Assembly: GCA_938050265.1 (NCBI GenBank)
Contig: CALLJT010000010.1
Location: 1-39,668, forward strand
Direction of reading: 5' to 3'
Source of the DNA: Candidatus Saccharimonadia bacterium
GTDB taxonomy: Bacteria > Patescibacteriota > Saccharimonadia > Saccharimonadales > SZUA-47
DNA: 39,668 nt
In this document: positions 1 to 8,680 of the stretch, piece after piece
Layout: each line of letters starts with the position of its first letter
How positions within the stretch are numbered: the stretch's first letter is position 1
The notes under the pieces: generated by a model
The model's database searches: none
Told to the model about the DNA's origin: nothing
Seen by the model: the letters and a program-made list of their open reading frames with translations, nothing else
Position numbers and translations under genes: made by a program

Positions 1-57
1 ATGCCTCTACTCTACACGACTCGTGTCGATTTAACCTAGCCTGTAGATTACATAAGG

Positions 58-2046
58 CTACGGATTAACAAACGGGTTGCTCTGCGAACCATCTGGCTCA
101 TAGAATACAGGCATCTTGCTGTTCGCCTGCGGCAAGTTCGGCATCAATGGAGGTGGTACAGCCGGGGCTGAGCCGCCTTCTGACGGAGTGCTCCCTGCTG
201 ATACGTCGTCAGCGGTCGGCATCTGTACGACATGCTCCGCTGCTGGCTCTGGCTCTTTTGTCTCCGCAGCCTGAGCTGATGGCTCTACGGGAGCCTGTTC
301 ACTCTCTAGCTGCACAGGTGCTTCATACTTAGGCGCTGGTGTCGCAGGAGCCGCCGCAGGTGTCTCACCTACACTCGACCCAGCTGATGGCTCTTCGCCT
401 GGCAATGCAGGCAGTACCGGGAGCGTAGCAGATGCGGTACTCCCCATGAAATCTCCAACGTCTTCGACGATATCGTTCGGCACATCTGGGACTGGGGGGC
501 TATGCACTGCATGCTCGAGATCTTCAAGCGTCGTATGGTCTTCTACAGGGGCCGGCTGAGGTTCCTCTACCGGATCAGGGACAGATGGTGACGGCATGTC
601 TGCCGACGACGGAGTCTGCGCCTGCTGCGTGTCTGCAGGTGGCATACCAGGAATTGGATCTACTAAAAACTGTGGTTCTTCTGGCTGAGATTCGAGCGAT
701 GTATCCGCTGGAGGTAGCACCTTTGCATGCTGTACGTCATCCATGCTCTCTGAAGATGCAGATGCGCCGTCAGAGTCAGAAGACTCTAGGCCTCGTGTGG
801 CTGCAGCCGATGAAAGCACATCAGAAAGATGATCAGGCCCACTACTTTCTGAGCTCGTTCGGTCACTTGGATCAGGTGCGTCGCTGAGTACCTGCTCGCC
901 CCTTTTGAGTACTTTTCCTTCTAAAACTGAAGCGTGGTCCTCTGCGTGACGCGGATCAACATCTGCAAGATCATGCAAACTACCACCGAACAATCCAGAT
1001 GGGTCAGCTTTTTTGGCTGAGTCAGACGGCGGAGCCGCCCCGATGAGTGCGTGCTCTGATGAGTCCATGCGTGCTTCGTCTGTGGGACCACCGGAGCTTG
1101 AATCGTTTGAATCACCACCGAGACGCTCTCCAAGAGGCGTTGACTCCTGTGCTGCTTCGTCACCCTGAACAAGTGGCATCATCATGCCGTCTTCATTAAT
1201 ATGAATTTCTTCAGACGTGTCAGACGCGCCTACGCTCGATGACCCAGACGTATCATGACCGATATCTTCCATGATTGGCTGGATATCGCTGGCGTCTGGT
1301 AGATGCTCCATCTTCTCAGCAATCAGCTGCTGGTTCGCACCTGCACTCATGAGCATTGAGCTCAGCGCCAGTACCTGAGGAGTTGTCTTGTCATTCTTGA
1401 ACCTATCAGTTTCAGAAACCATACCCGTCAGAAGCGCAGTTGCAATCTGGTTATCCACGACTTCTGGGCCGAACAATTCAGCAATACCAGCGATCATTTC
1501 AGAAACACCACTGGCGTTCGGATTATTCCAGTTGAGCGTACCTATTTCTACCGGTGCTGCACCATGACTCAAACTAACCACTGTCGCATCATGCAGGATC
1601 CTACCGTGCGAAACGACCGCTTCGTCGAAATCGTCTTTACTCAACACACCGAGTGTAACGACGACGTCAACATTGAGATCACCCTGACTGAAATTCAGGT
1701 CTTCCTCGGTAATCGACGTTTTATACGGAGTTATGAAAATCCGCACTACGTTATCTTCGACTTTATAGCGCAGTTTGTCGGCTTTCTCTTTGTCGAGCGC
1801 GATTATGAAGTCGCGGAGACTGTCCGTCGTCTGCTCTATCGCCATGTCTGGCTGCAAGAATTCGAGCGTTGACGGAACATGACCACTAAACACAGTCGTG
1901 GCTTTTTTGTCCATATGGTTCAGGATGAGCGTGAGAGCGATGGCCGCTGTTAGATCGTCGACCGACGGGCTGCTTTTGACTGTCAACATGACACTCGTAG
2001 CGCCGCGGAGCGTTTCTACAACTTGTTGTATAACTGGATCTTGCAT
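58..2046 (-). CDS. DHH-phosphoesterase-like protein (degenerate motifs) with long acidic/Pro-rich disordered C-terminus
   Basis: 662-aa ORF. The N-terminal ~245 aa follow the DHH/NrnA layout (SSPSVDD, DVVVTLG, IATALLTGMVSETDRF, T..V...SMLMSAGA) but lack the DHH triad. The remaining ~410 aa are low-complexity D/E/S/P/A. Confidence 0.7.
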   Translation of the reverse strand: MQDPVIQQVVETLRGATSVMLTVKSSPSVDDLTAAIALTLILNHMDKKATTVFSGHVPSTLEFLQPDMAIEQTTDSLRDFIIALDKEKADKLRYKVEDNVVRIFITPYKTSITEEDLNFSQGDLNVDVVVTLGVLSKDDFDEAVVSHGRILHDATVVSLSHGAAPVEIGTLNWNNPNASGVSEMIAGIAELFGPEVVDNQIATALLTGMVSETDRFKNDKTTPQVLALSSMLMSAGANQQLIAEKMEHLPDASDIQPIMEDIGHDTSGSSSVGASDTSEEIHINEDGMMMPLVQGDEAAQESTPLGERLGGDSNDSSSGGPTDEARMDSSEHALIGAAPPSDSAKKADPSGLFGGSLHDLADVDPRHAEDHASVLEGKVLKRGEQVLSDAPDPSDRTSSESSGPDHLSDVLSSAAATRGLESSDSDGASASSESMDDVQHAKVLPPADTSLESQPEEPQFLVDPIPGMPPADTQQAQTPSSADMPSPSVPDPVEEPQPAPVEDHTTLEDLEHAVHSPPVPDVPNDIVEDVGDFMGSTASATLPVLPALPGEEPSAGSSVGETPAAAPATPAPKYEAPVQLESEQAPVEPSAQAAETKEPEPAAEHVVQMPTADDVSAGSTPSEGGSAPAVPPPLMPNLPQANSKMPVFYEPDGSQSNPFVNP

Positions 2047-2302
2047 AGTCAGTGTTTGCCTTGTTTGTTGTTCGTTAGTTGATTTTTGTGTTTTGTAACG
2101 ATAGCTGTTGCTACTTTGTTTTTATTAGTATATATGCGCCAATAGTATCATGCTAGTGATTACATGACAAGACGTGATCCGCAGGTAGCCCTGCAGCCCT
2201 TCCTATTTACTTCTTGTAACATCTTAGGTATACTTGCAACCCAATAGATTATTTAACAGTAAACTTGAGTGAACACTACTCTTAAGGAGCCACAAAAAAC
2301 CT

Positions 2303-2914
2303 ATGCCAATTATTAAGTCAGCTAAAAAGCGCGTACGAACCACGATCAAAGCGAGTATCCGTAATTCAAAAACTAAGCGAGACATGAGATCTACACTCAA
2401 ATCGTTCCAGACTGCCGTCGCTTCAAACAAAAACGTCGCACAAGCCCAGTCCTCTGCTCAGAGTGCTATTGATACAGCTGTCAAAAAGAACATCATCACC
2501 AAAAACAAAGCCGCACGCATGAAGAAAAACATCAGCGCTCAGGCAAAAACCGCGTCTACTGGACGCCCAACTACAGCTGCCAAAAAACCAGCTACTAAAA
2601 AAGCGACCGCGGCCAAGCCTGTGGCTAAAAAATCCCCAGCGAAAAAAGCACCCGCTAAAACAGCAGCTGACGATCTGACAAAAATTGAAGGTGTTGGACC
2701 GAAAATCAAAGATCTCCTGCACGCCGCAGACATCAAAACATTCCAGAACCTTGCAGATGCACCTACAGCAACAGTCAAGCAGGTTCTCGCAGACGCTGGT
2801 TCACGCTACGCAAGTCACGACCCTGGTACATGGGGCAAACAAGCCAAGCTTGCAGCTGATGGCAAATTCGACGAGCTCAAAACCCTCCAAGACAAGCTCG
2901 ACGGCGGCAAATAG
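2303..2914 (+). CDS. rpsT: 30S ribosomal protein bS20 fused to a Lys/Ala-rich linker and a C-terminal helix-hairpin-helix (DUF4332-like) domain
   Basis: MPIIKSAKKRVR...RN...K...R...K...AID.AVKKNII.KNKAAR.K is the S20 signature. The C-terminus DDLTKIEGVGPKI...W.KQAKLAADGKFDEL..LQDKLDGG is HhH-like. AAGGAG lies upstream. Confidence 0.92.
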   Translation: MPIIKSAKKRVRTTIKASIRNSKTKRDMRSTLKSFQTAVASNKNVAQAQSSAQSAIDTAVKKNIITKNKAARMKKNISAQAKTASTGRPTTAAKKPATKKATAAKPVAKKSPAKKAPAKTAADDLTKIEGVGPKIKDLLHAADIKTFQNLADAPTATVKQVLADAGSRYASHDPGTWGKQAKLAADGKFDELKTLQDKLDGGK

Positions 2915-2953
2915 TTCCGCAGACCAGCTCCACTGCCCCTCGATCCGTTCCAA

Positions 2954-3075
2954 CTGACCCACGTCCACTTTTTCCTGTGAGAGTAGTATAAGCGTAGTGC
3001 AGCCAGAGGCATCCCGCCTTCGGGGTGGCCCTGCGCGAAACGCTACTCGATGAGGGAAACGTGGACGTGGGTCAG
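2954..3075. mobile_element. Rod-folding MITE-like element, copy 1
   Basis: 15-bp perfect terminal inverted repeat CTGACCCACGTCCAC/GTGGACGTGGGTCAG. 2955-3075 is identical to 5371-5491. Lies between convergent rpsT and holA. No recognisable target duplication. Confidence 0.85.
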
Positions 3076-3106
3076 CCTGTTTGTATGAGAACCATATGAA
3101 CACGGT

Positions 3107-4015
3107 TTATACAGTCAGTAGGTACAGTTCGAGTGCCGCATCAGGGTCAGCCACCGATTTTATATCCCTATCTAGATTGAGCAAATCACGTACGTGACGC
3201 TTGGCATCATCTTTACTGACATCGCGAGCTATTTTAAGCGTTTTTCGCGCCGAATACGGTGACTGTCCGGCTGCTATGAGTGCCGACTCAGATTGGGGCT
3301 GTGCAAACACTGCCTGCGTCAGCGAATGTAGCTGCCATGTCAGCATCGACACTATGTAGTGTGGATCAATACGCTGCTTGCGTTGGTCTCTGTATTGAGC
3401 GACTGCTGCCTGAGCGTCACCTGCAAACACTGCGTCTAGCATGTCGAATATACTACTCTGTGGAGACTGTTCAACGTGCCTGTCGATGTCGCTTTTCGTT
3501 ATCTCTGAGGTGACAATGCTCAGCTTAGCAAGTTCGTTTTGCAACATGAATGTATTCACGCCAGCTCGCTCGACCAGATACACCGCGTCACGGTACTGCA
3601 GCGTCATGCCACGCTCCTGAGCCTGAGCGACAACCCACTTCGGCAGCTCATTCTGCTTCATTTCAGGATAGTCACGAATGTCTGCGTGTTTTTTAAGCGT
3701 TTTCCACGCCACGGAACGCTTATCCAGTTTTGAACCTCGTATGACAACATCCACCTGGTCTGCAGTACGATCAATGAGCTGATCAATACGCTCAAGGAGC
3801 TGTTTGTTCTCGTGTGGCTCATGAACCACCACGAGCTTACGCTCCACAAGAAACGGCACGCTCTGCACCGCCTGAATGACTGCGTCTGCGTCTTTTTCAG
3901 AGGCGTCGATCAGCTCAACACCAAACTCCCCCCGCTCACTCCGTGCTGCGCTCACCATATCGGTCAGCGCTGCGTGTATAGCGACTTCGTTTTTGCCCGT
4001 TAGTACAGTAATCAT
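3107..4015 (-). CDS. holA: DNA polymerase III delta subunit
   Basis: Motifs MI..L.G.N, PFL.ERKLVV, LDKRS..WK.LKK, L.NEL.KL and SIFDMLDA; 302 aa; adjacent to rpsT as is common. Confidence 0.9.
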   Translation of the reverse strand: MITVLTGKNEVAIHAALTDMVSAARSERGEFGVELIDASEKDADAVIQAVQSVPFLVERKLVVVHEPHENKQLLERIDQLIDRTADQVDVVIRGSKLDKRSVAWKTLKKHADIRDYPEMKQNELPKWVVAQAQERGMTLQYRDAVYLVERAGVNTFMLQNELAKLSIVTSEITKSDIDRHVEQSPQSSIFDMLDAVFAGDAQAAVAQYRDQRKQRIDPHYIVSMLTWQLHSLTQAVFAQPQSESALIAAGQSPYSARKTLKIARDVSKDDAKRHVRDLLNLDRDIKSVADPDAALELYLLTV

Positions 4016-4028
4016 AGGTACTAGTATG

Positions 4029-4056
4029 CAAGTAGTGGGTAGTAAGTAGCAAGGGA
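4029..4056. repeat. Degenerate heptamer tract
   Basis: caagtag tgggtag taagtag caaggga in the mutM-holA spacer. Confidence 0.5.
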
Positions 4057-4066
4057 CTAAACAGTA

Positions 4067-5023
4067 TTATGCCTGACACTGTGGGCAGGTATGTGTACCG
4101 CGGCCAGCAACCTTGGATTTTTCTATAGTAGACCCACAGCGTGTGCACGGAAGACCCTCTCGCCGAAACACCTGTGCGAAACTGGTGTAGCTGCCTGACT
4201 CGCCTTCTGCATTAACGTATGTTTTATCAGTACTACCACCGTGTTCTATCGACAGTTTTAATACTCGTATGAGCTCGGTGTACAAAACTCTTAACCTATC
4301 GTCGGAAACAGCACTCACACGCTCTGTCGGGTGTATACGTGCCGCCCATAAGCTCTCGTCTGCATATATGTTTCCCACACCAGCAAGCACACTCTGGTCA
4401 AGCAGCGCCGCTTTGATCATCCTCTTGTTAGCAGTGCGCATACGTTGAACAAATATTGTGTTCACAAACGATGTATCAAGTGGCTCTGGTCCCAGCTTCT
4501 TAATAAATGGGTCGTCCTGCACCGCGTAACTCGGCAGGAGCTTGACCCAGCCAAACTTTCGCTGATCGTTGAAATACAAATGTGAACCATCCACAAACTC
4601 AAACACGACCCGTGTCGACTTGTCAGGCAGGTGACCCACAAGGCTTTCGTTTGGGTGCCCTGCTCCAAACCTGACTTCGTCGGGTGAGGTATGAAGACTG
4701 ATAGTTGAGCGCTGACGGTCCGCAGCCAACTTTGGAGTTTCAACTTTGGACTTTGAGCTGTGTTGTTCATTCGGGACAAAAACAAGCTGTCCTGTCATTT
4801 TCAGATGTATCAGGATCGAATACTCAGTACTGAGTGTGATCACCAGTGCCTTGCCTCTCCTCTGTACAGATTCGACACGAGCACCAATCAAAAACGCATC
4901 GACGTCATTACTACTGTTTGGGAACCCCTTAGGCCAGTCGTGTGACACATCGGCAACAGTTCTACCAACGATCAGACGCTCAAGCCCACGTTTAACTGTT
5001 TCAACTTCTGGTAGTTCTGGCAT
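4067..5023 (-). CDS. mutM: Formamidopyrimidine-DNA glycosylase (Fpg) with ~30-aa in-frame insertion
   Basis: N-terminal MPELPEVE sets the start at 5023 rather than 5179. Also RRGK, HLKMTGQ, D.RKFG, LLDQ..LAGVGNIYADE and a C-terminal CxxC...CxxC zinc finger. Confidence 0.95.
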   Translation of the reverse strand: MPELPEVETVKRGLERLIVGRTVADVSHDWPKGFPNSSNDVDAFLIGARVESVQRRGKALVITLSTEYSILIHLKMTGQLVFVPNEQHSSKSKVETPKLAADRQRSTISLHTSPDEVRFGAGHPNESLVGHLPDKSTRVVFEFVDGSHLYFNDQRKFGWVKLLPSYAVQDDPFIKKLGPEPLDTSFVNTIFVQRMRTANKRMIKAALLDQSVLAGVGNIYADESLWAARIHPTERVSAVSDDRLRVLYTELIRVLKLSIEHGGSTDKTYVNAEGESGSYTSFAQVFRREGLPCTRCGSTIEKSKVAGRGTHTCPQCQA

Positions 5024-5115
5024 GCATACTAGTATCGTGTACTGTCGTGGAACTATCAAGCACGACCGACACTTCACTCTTGATAGATCCACCCGCGTAC
5101 TCAATACTAGAGAGT

Positions 5116-5352
5116 ATGGAATCAATCTCTGATATAGCACGTGCGCGCAAACCAATTGAGCCGACGCAGATAGCAGCATTAAAAAAGTATGCTCAAGATA
5201 CGCACAACATCCAGATCTCTGTAAAACAGTCGAAACACATGTACCTCATCTACGTACCGAGTGCCGCATTCGCCCAAAAGTTCAGACACGAAACACAAGA
5301 CATAACGCGCCAATGCGAACTCGACAAGCCACTCGTGATACACATCGGATAA
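5116..5352 (+). CDS. Small protein, possibly DciA/DUF721-like
   Basis: 78 aa from ATG 5116. LIYVPSAAFAQKFRHETQDI resembles the DUF721 beta-strand/helix pattern. Confidence 0.5.
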   Translation: MESISDIARARKPIEPTQIAALKKYAQDTHNIQISVKQSKHMYLIYVPSAAFAQKFRHETQDITRQCELDKPLVIHIG

Positions 5353-5369
5353 CCGCTACAGTCCGTGCG

Positions 5370-5491
5370 ATGACCCACGTCCACTTTTTCCTGTGAGAGT
5401 AGTATAAGCGTAGTGCAGCCAGAGGCATCCCGCCTTCGGGGTGGCCCTGCGCGAAACGCTACTCGATGAGGGAAACGTGGACGTGGGTCAG
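5370..5491. mobile_element. Rod-folding MITE-like element, copy 2
   Basis: Identical to copy 1 over 121 nt. AGTCCGTGC is directly repeated at 5360-5368 and 5492-5500. The terminal TCA (5488-5490) is the stop codon of the HAD gene. Confidence 0.88.
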
Positions 5492-6066
5492 AGTCCGTGC
5501 TGTCGAAGCGCCTGTGTGCACGAAGAGATCCCCGTATACAACTCAGCAACCATGCCCACACTGCGTGCACCGTCAACGTTACGCTGTACATCATCAAAAA
5601 ACAGGCACTGTTCAGGCTTGATTGCGAGCTGGTCACTCACGTATTCGAATAAGCGACGATCAGGCTTAACATACCCAACTGCCCCACTCTCGACTATCGC
5701 ATCAAAATAATTGTCGACCTGCTCTGTCGATAGATTGCGAGCCAAAAACCCAGCCCCCACGTTCGAAACAATCGCAGTCTTCAGCCCTCGGCTGCGCAGC
5801 TCTGCGATGACCTGCAGTAGCCCTGGGTCGAGCGCACCCATCTGGTCACGCTCCCGGACGACCTCTTCCAGCTCACGCCCATATATCTCAGATGCAGCAC
5901 GCCAAAACTCATCGCGGTCGATATGACCATAGTTAGCTGCTCGGGCAATATCTGCAAGCTCCTGATCCTGTGCATCGGTCCTGTCAGGGATATACAGATT
6001 CGCTAGCCCCCATAACGTGTCTGCATGCAGCACGCCAAAAAAATCAAACAGCACGGCTTTAATCAT
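5488..6066 (-). CDS. HAD-superfamily hydrolase (subfamily IA)
   Basis: MIKAVLFDFFGVL (motif I variant), IVSN, KP, and FFDD..RNVDGA..VGM. Confidence 0.88.
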   Translation of the reverse strand: MIKAVLFDFFGVLHADTLWGLANLYIPDRTDAQDQELADIARAANYGHIDRDEFWRAASEIYGRELEEVVRERDQMGALDPGLLQVIAELRSRGLKTAIVSNVGAGFLARNLSTEQVDNYFDAIVESGAVGYVKPDRRLFEYVSDQLAIKPEQCLFFDDVQRNVDGARSVGMVAELYTGISSCTQALRQHGL

Positions 6067-6139
6067 GCGTACTAGTATCAAGTACGACCCTCATAAATGC
6101 AATGCGTTCGGCATGCTCCGCACTGCTGCTTGCCTACTG

Positions 6140-6787
6140 CTAGTCGCGAGAGAGTCTGAGGCCAGTGTCAGATATAAGTTCGTTGAACTCTGGTACTTGT
6201 CGGATAAACAGACGGCGTACGGCGTTCATATTAGTGCCAGCCGTACCAGGAAACTCGTAGCATGACGTGAACCATCTACGCACATCGTCGCCGAGCTCTA
6301 ACACGTGCCGACGCCCATCAGGACAGACGCCTTTTTCTGCGAAATCGTCGTCAACTGACGTACCAAGTAATCGTGACGTAACGTTAAGCGCTTCGAGTGA
6401 TTCGATAAAGTTCGTATACGCTTCGTCGTTGTTACTATAGGTTTTTTCGTCGATAACAATCTGACCGTAGTTTGAATACACGCGCATCAATACGGTACCG
6501 CTCGAAACCTCAATCGTGTAACTTCGGTGATCCTGAGTCGCTACGATAGGGCCCTCTACGGTGTATCGCACTGTTCGTACGTTTAACAGTCCTTCTTCAC
6601 TGTCGCTATCGGCCACGCCACGGTTTTCAGATGTAGTCGTATCGTCTCCAGTGTTATCACTGCCAAACACTGTCCGGGCGAGCGAAGCGATACCCCATGT
6701 AATAAGGATAAACAGCAGTATACCGCCGATGATGAGTACGACCCATCGGATTTTAGAAACAACGTCAGTGTTAGCAATGAAGTCCAT
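6140..6787 (-). CDS. Hypothetical single-pass membrane protein
   Basis: 215 aa with an N-terminal hydrophobic helix (WVVLIIGGILLFILITWGIA) and two Cys in the soluble domain; TATAAT 8 nt before the ATG. Confidence 0.75.
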   Translation of the reverse strand: MDFIANTDVVSKIRWVVLIIGGILLFILITWGIASLARTVFGSDNTGDDTTTSENRGVADSDSEEGLLNVRTVRYTVEGPIVATQDHRSYTIEVSSGTVLMRVYSNYGQIVIDEKTYSNNDEAYTNFIESLEALNVTSRLLGTSVDDDFAEKGVCPDGRRHVLELGDDVRRWFTSCYEFPGTAGTNMNAVRRLFIRQVPEFNELISDTGLRLSRD

Positions 6788-6852
6788 AGCTATGTATTAT
6801 AGCATATTTATTGCATATAAGCAATAGCAACTTCCTGCTGTACGTATACTGT

Positions 6853-7293
6853 CTATTCGCTTCTTTTCTTCAGGAAATTGACAACCACAGACTTGGCTGG
6901 CTCAAGCACGCCCGCGTCGTCGATATCGTCAAGCCCAACCCAGACTGCCTCCGAAACCTCAGAGTTCTGCAGTTCAAAATCTGTTTCTTCGATTGTACAT
7001 TCAAAAAACACACCGACAAACTGCATGCGCGTATCACCTCGCTCTGCACGCCACTCTCCAACGTCAATAATACCGTTCACCTTCGGTGTGACACCGATTT
7101 CCTCCTCAACTTCACGTGCCACACAATCATAGATCGATTCCCCAAGTTCAAGCATGCCACCTGGAGGGTGGCACTGCTTGTGCCCCGAGATGGTAGGATC
7201 AGACTGCCTCAACACAAGGACTTGGTTATTTTGATTAACGATTATCGCTTTTGCGGCAACGTGCAGGACATTAGGCTTCATACTCTTTGACAT
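6853..7293 (-). CDS. Nudix hydrolase
   Basis: Nudix box PGGMLELGESIYDCVAREVEEEIG. Confidence 0.9.
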   Translation of the reverse strand: MSKSMKPNVLHVAAKAIIVNQNNQVLVLRQSDPTISGHKQCHPPGGMLELGESIYDCVAREVEEEIGVTPKVNGIIDVGEWRAERGDTRMQFVGVFFECTIEETDFELQNSEVSEAVWVGLDDIDDAGVLEPAKSVVVNFLKKRSE

Positions 7294-7417
7294 CGTTTAT
7301 TTGTGGTGTTGTGACTCTAGGGTTACTGATACAAATCCAATGGCACTGAGCCACAGGATCTTTCCAGGTATTTATATTAGATGTGTCTAGTGTAGCACTA
7401 CACTGACATATAAATGC

Positions 7418-8587
7418 TCAGTCAAGCCTCGTTACGTGGCCCTGGTCTGCGTCGACTCGTACGTGGTCACCAGTCTTGAGGACTGTTGTGGCATTCCCTG
7501 TGCCAACTATGCACGGTACGCCAAGCTCTCGTGCAGTAATGGCTGCATGTGACAGTATTCCGCCCTGATCAGTTACGATGGCAGACGCTTTCCCCATGAG
7601 TCCGATATACGCTGGGGTTGTTACGGTGCATACTAGTACGTCGCCATGCCCGAACACATCCTCTTCGATCTTGTCTGGATCAACCGTGCGGACAGGTCCC
7701 TCTGCAGACCCAGGTGAACCAACGTGGCCAGATACCACCACCCCTTCCTCCTCAGATCCGTTCGCCGCCTGGTCAAGTACATTGCACTGCTCGTATAACG
7801 AACCAAGGATACGGTTATAGTCTTTGAAAAATACGCCGAACTCAGTCGAATAGGTAGTCTCAAAATATCCCATTAGATACTCACTGGCGAACACGGACCC
7901 GAGCTCATCTGCAAGTTGCTCGCGCAGGTCAGCATCCGAAACGCGTAAGAGTTCCATCAGATCTTCGATATGAGCTTTTGCATTAACGTCCGCTGGTGGT
8001 ACAACCCACTCCGAAAAATCATGGTGAAACGACACTGGTTGAGACACTTCATGAAATCCTTGCGTCAGCTGGTGGTGTCCACCGGCGACAATTTCGCCAA
8101 ACACACCGTTTTCTGTGACGACGAATATCGTAGACCGTTCGCACGTTTCATGTGGGACAAAATCTACTCTATATTTATCGGCGTCGACGCCCTGCTCTTC
8201 AAACCATTCAACAGCTTTACGGACGGTCTTGCCGCGCATGCGAAGTTTCTGGACTCCATCAGCAATAGGTATCAGACGTATCGCGCAAAGCTGATCACCG
8301 TGCTCGTCAATATACTGAACAAATTCACGTGTTTTGTCCCGAACGTCTACAGCGCTAAACTGAACTGGCTTGTCATACGGAAGTCCTGTGACGTCATTCA
8401 GCACTCTCAGTCGCTCGCGTTTGTCTTTGTCTTCTTCATGAAGCTCATCGGCCTTGTCGCTACCGATCTGTTCAAACCACTCGTGCAGACCCTGTTGCGT
8501 TATGTACAGCTTTGCCAGCTCATCATCCTTTGTTGCCACTACTCTTCCTCCTGTATTTAGTACTCCCTCGTGCCTCGTGTAGATCAT
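7418..8587 (-). CDS. PEP-utilising enzyme mobile (phospho-His) domain protein with divergent N-terminal region
   Basis: C-terminal G...SPG...G.VR...GDVLV...T.P.....M.KASAIVTDQGGILSHAAITARELGVPCIVG is the swivelling His domain. Confidence 0.85.
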   Translation of the reverse strand: MIYTRHEGVLNTGGRVVATKDDELAKLYITQQGLHEWFEQIGSDKADELHEEDKDKRERLRVLNDVTGLPYDKPVQFSAVDVRDKTREFVQYIDEHGDQLCAIRLIPIADGVQKLRMRGKTVRKAVEWFEEQGVDADKYRVDFVPHETCERSTIFVVTENGVFGEIVAGGHHQLTQGFHEVSQPVSFHHDFSEWVVPPADVNAKAHIEDLMELLRVSDADLREQLADELGSVFASEYLMGYFETTYSTEFGVFFKDYNRILGSLYEQCNVLDQAANGSEEEGVVVSGHVGSPGSAEGPVRTVDPDKIEEDVFGHGDVLVCTVTTPAYIGLMGKASAIVTDQGGILSHAAITARELGVPCIVGTGNATTVLKTGDHVRVDADQGHVTRLD

Positions 8588-8680
8588 CTACACTCTACTT
8601 TCATGAAGCATCACTGTTTATAGTGTACACTTTCTATGCGATCATTTGTAATATACAACTATATATTGTATAGTATGTAC

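Noticed and set aside
2955..3074. 120-nt element as a hammerhead ribozyme (CTCGATGAG...GAAAC), SRP RNA or retron msr-msd
   Set aside because: No CUGANGA core in a three-way junction on either strand, no SRP domain IV motif, and no reverse transcriptase in the window.
2801..5636. ORFs 2801-3103 and 5250-5636 sharing the peptide DPRPRFPHRVAFRAGPP
   Set aside because: These are translations of the repeated element overlapping real genes. Variant copies do not preserve the peptide.
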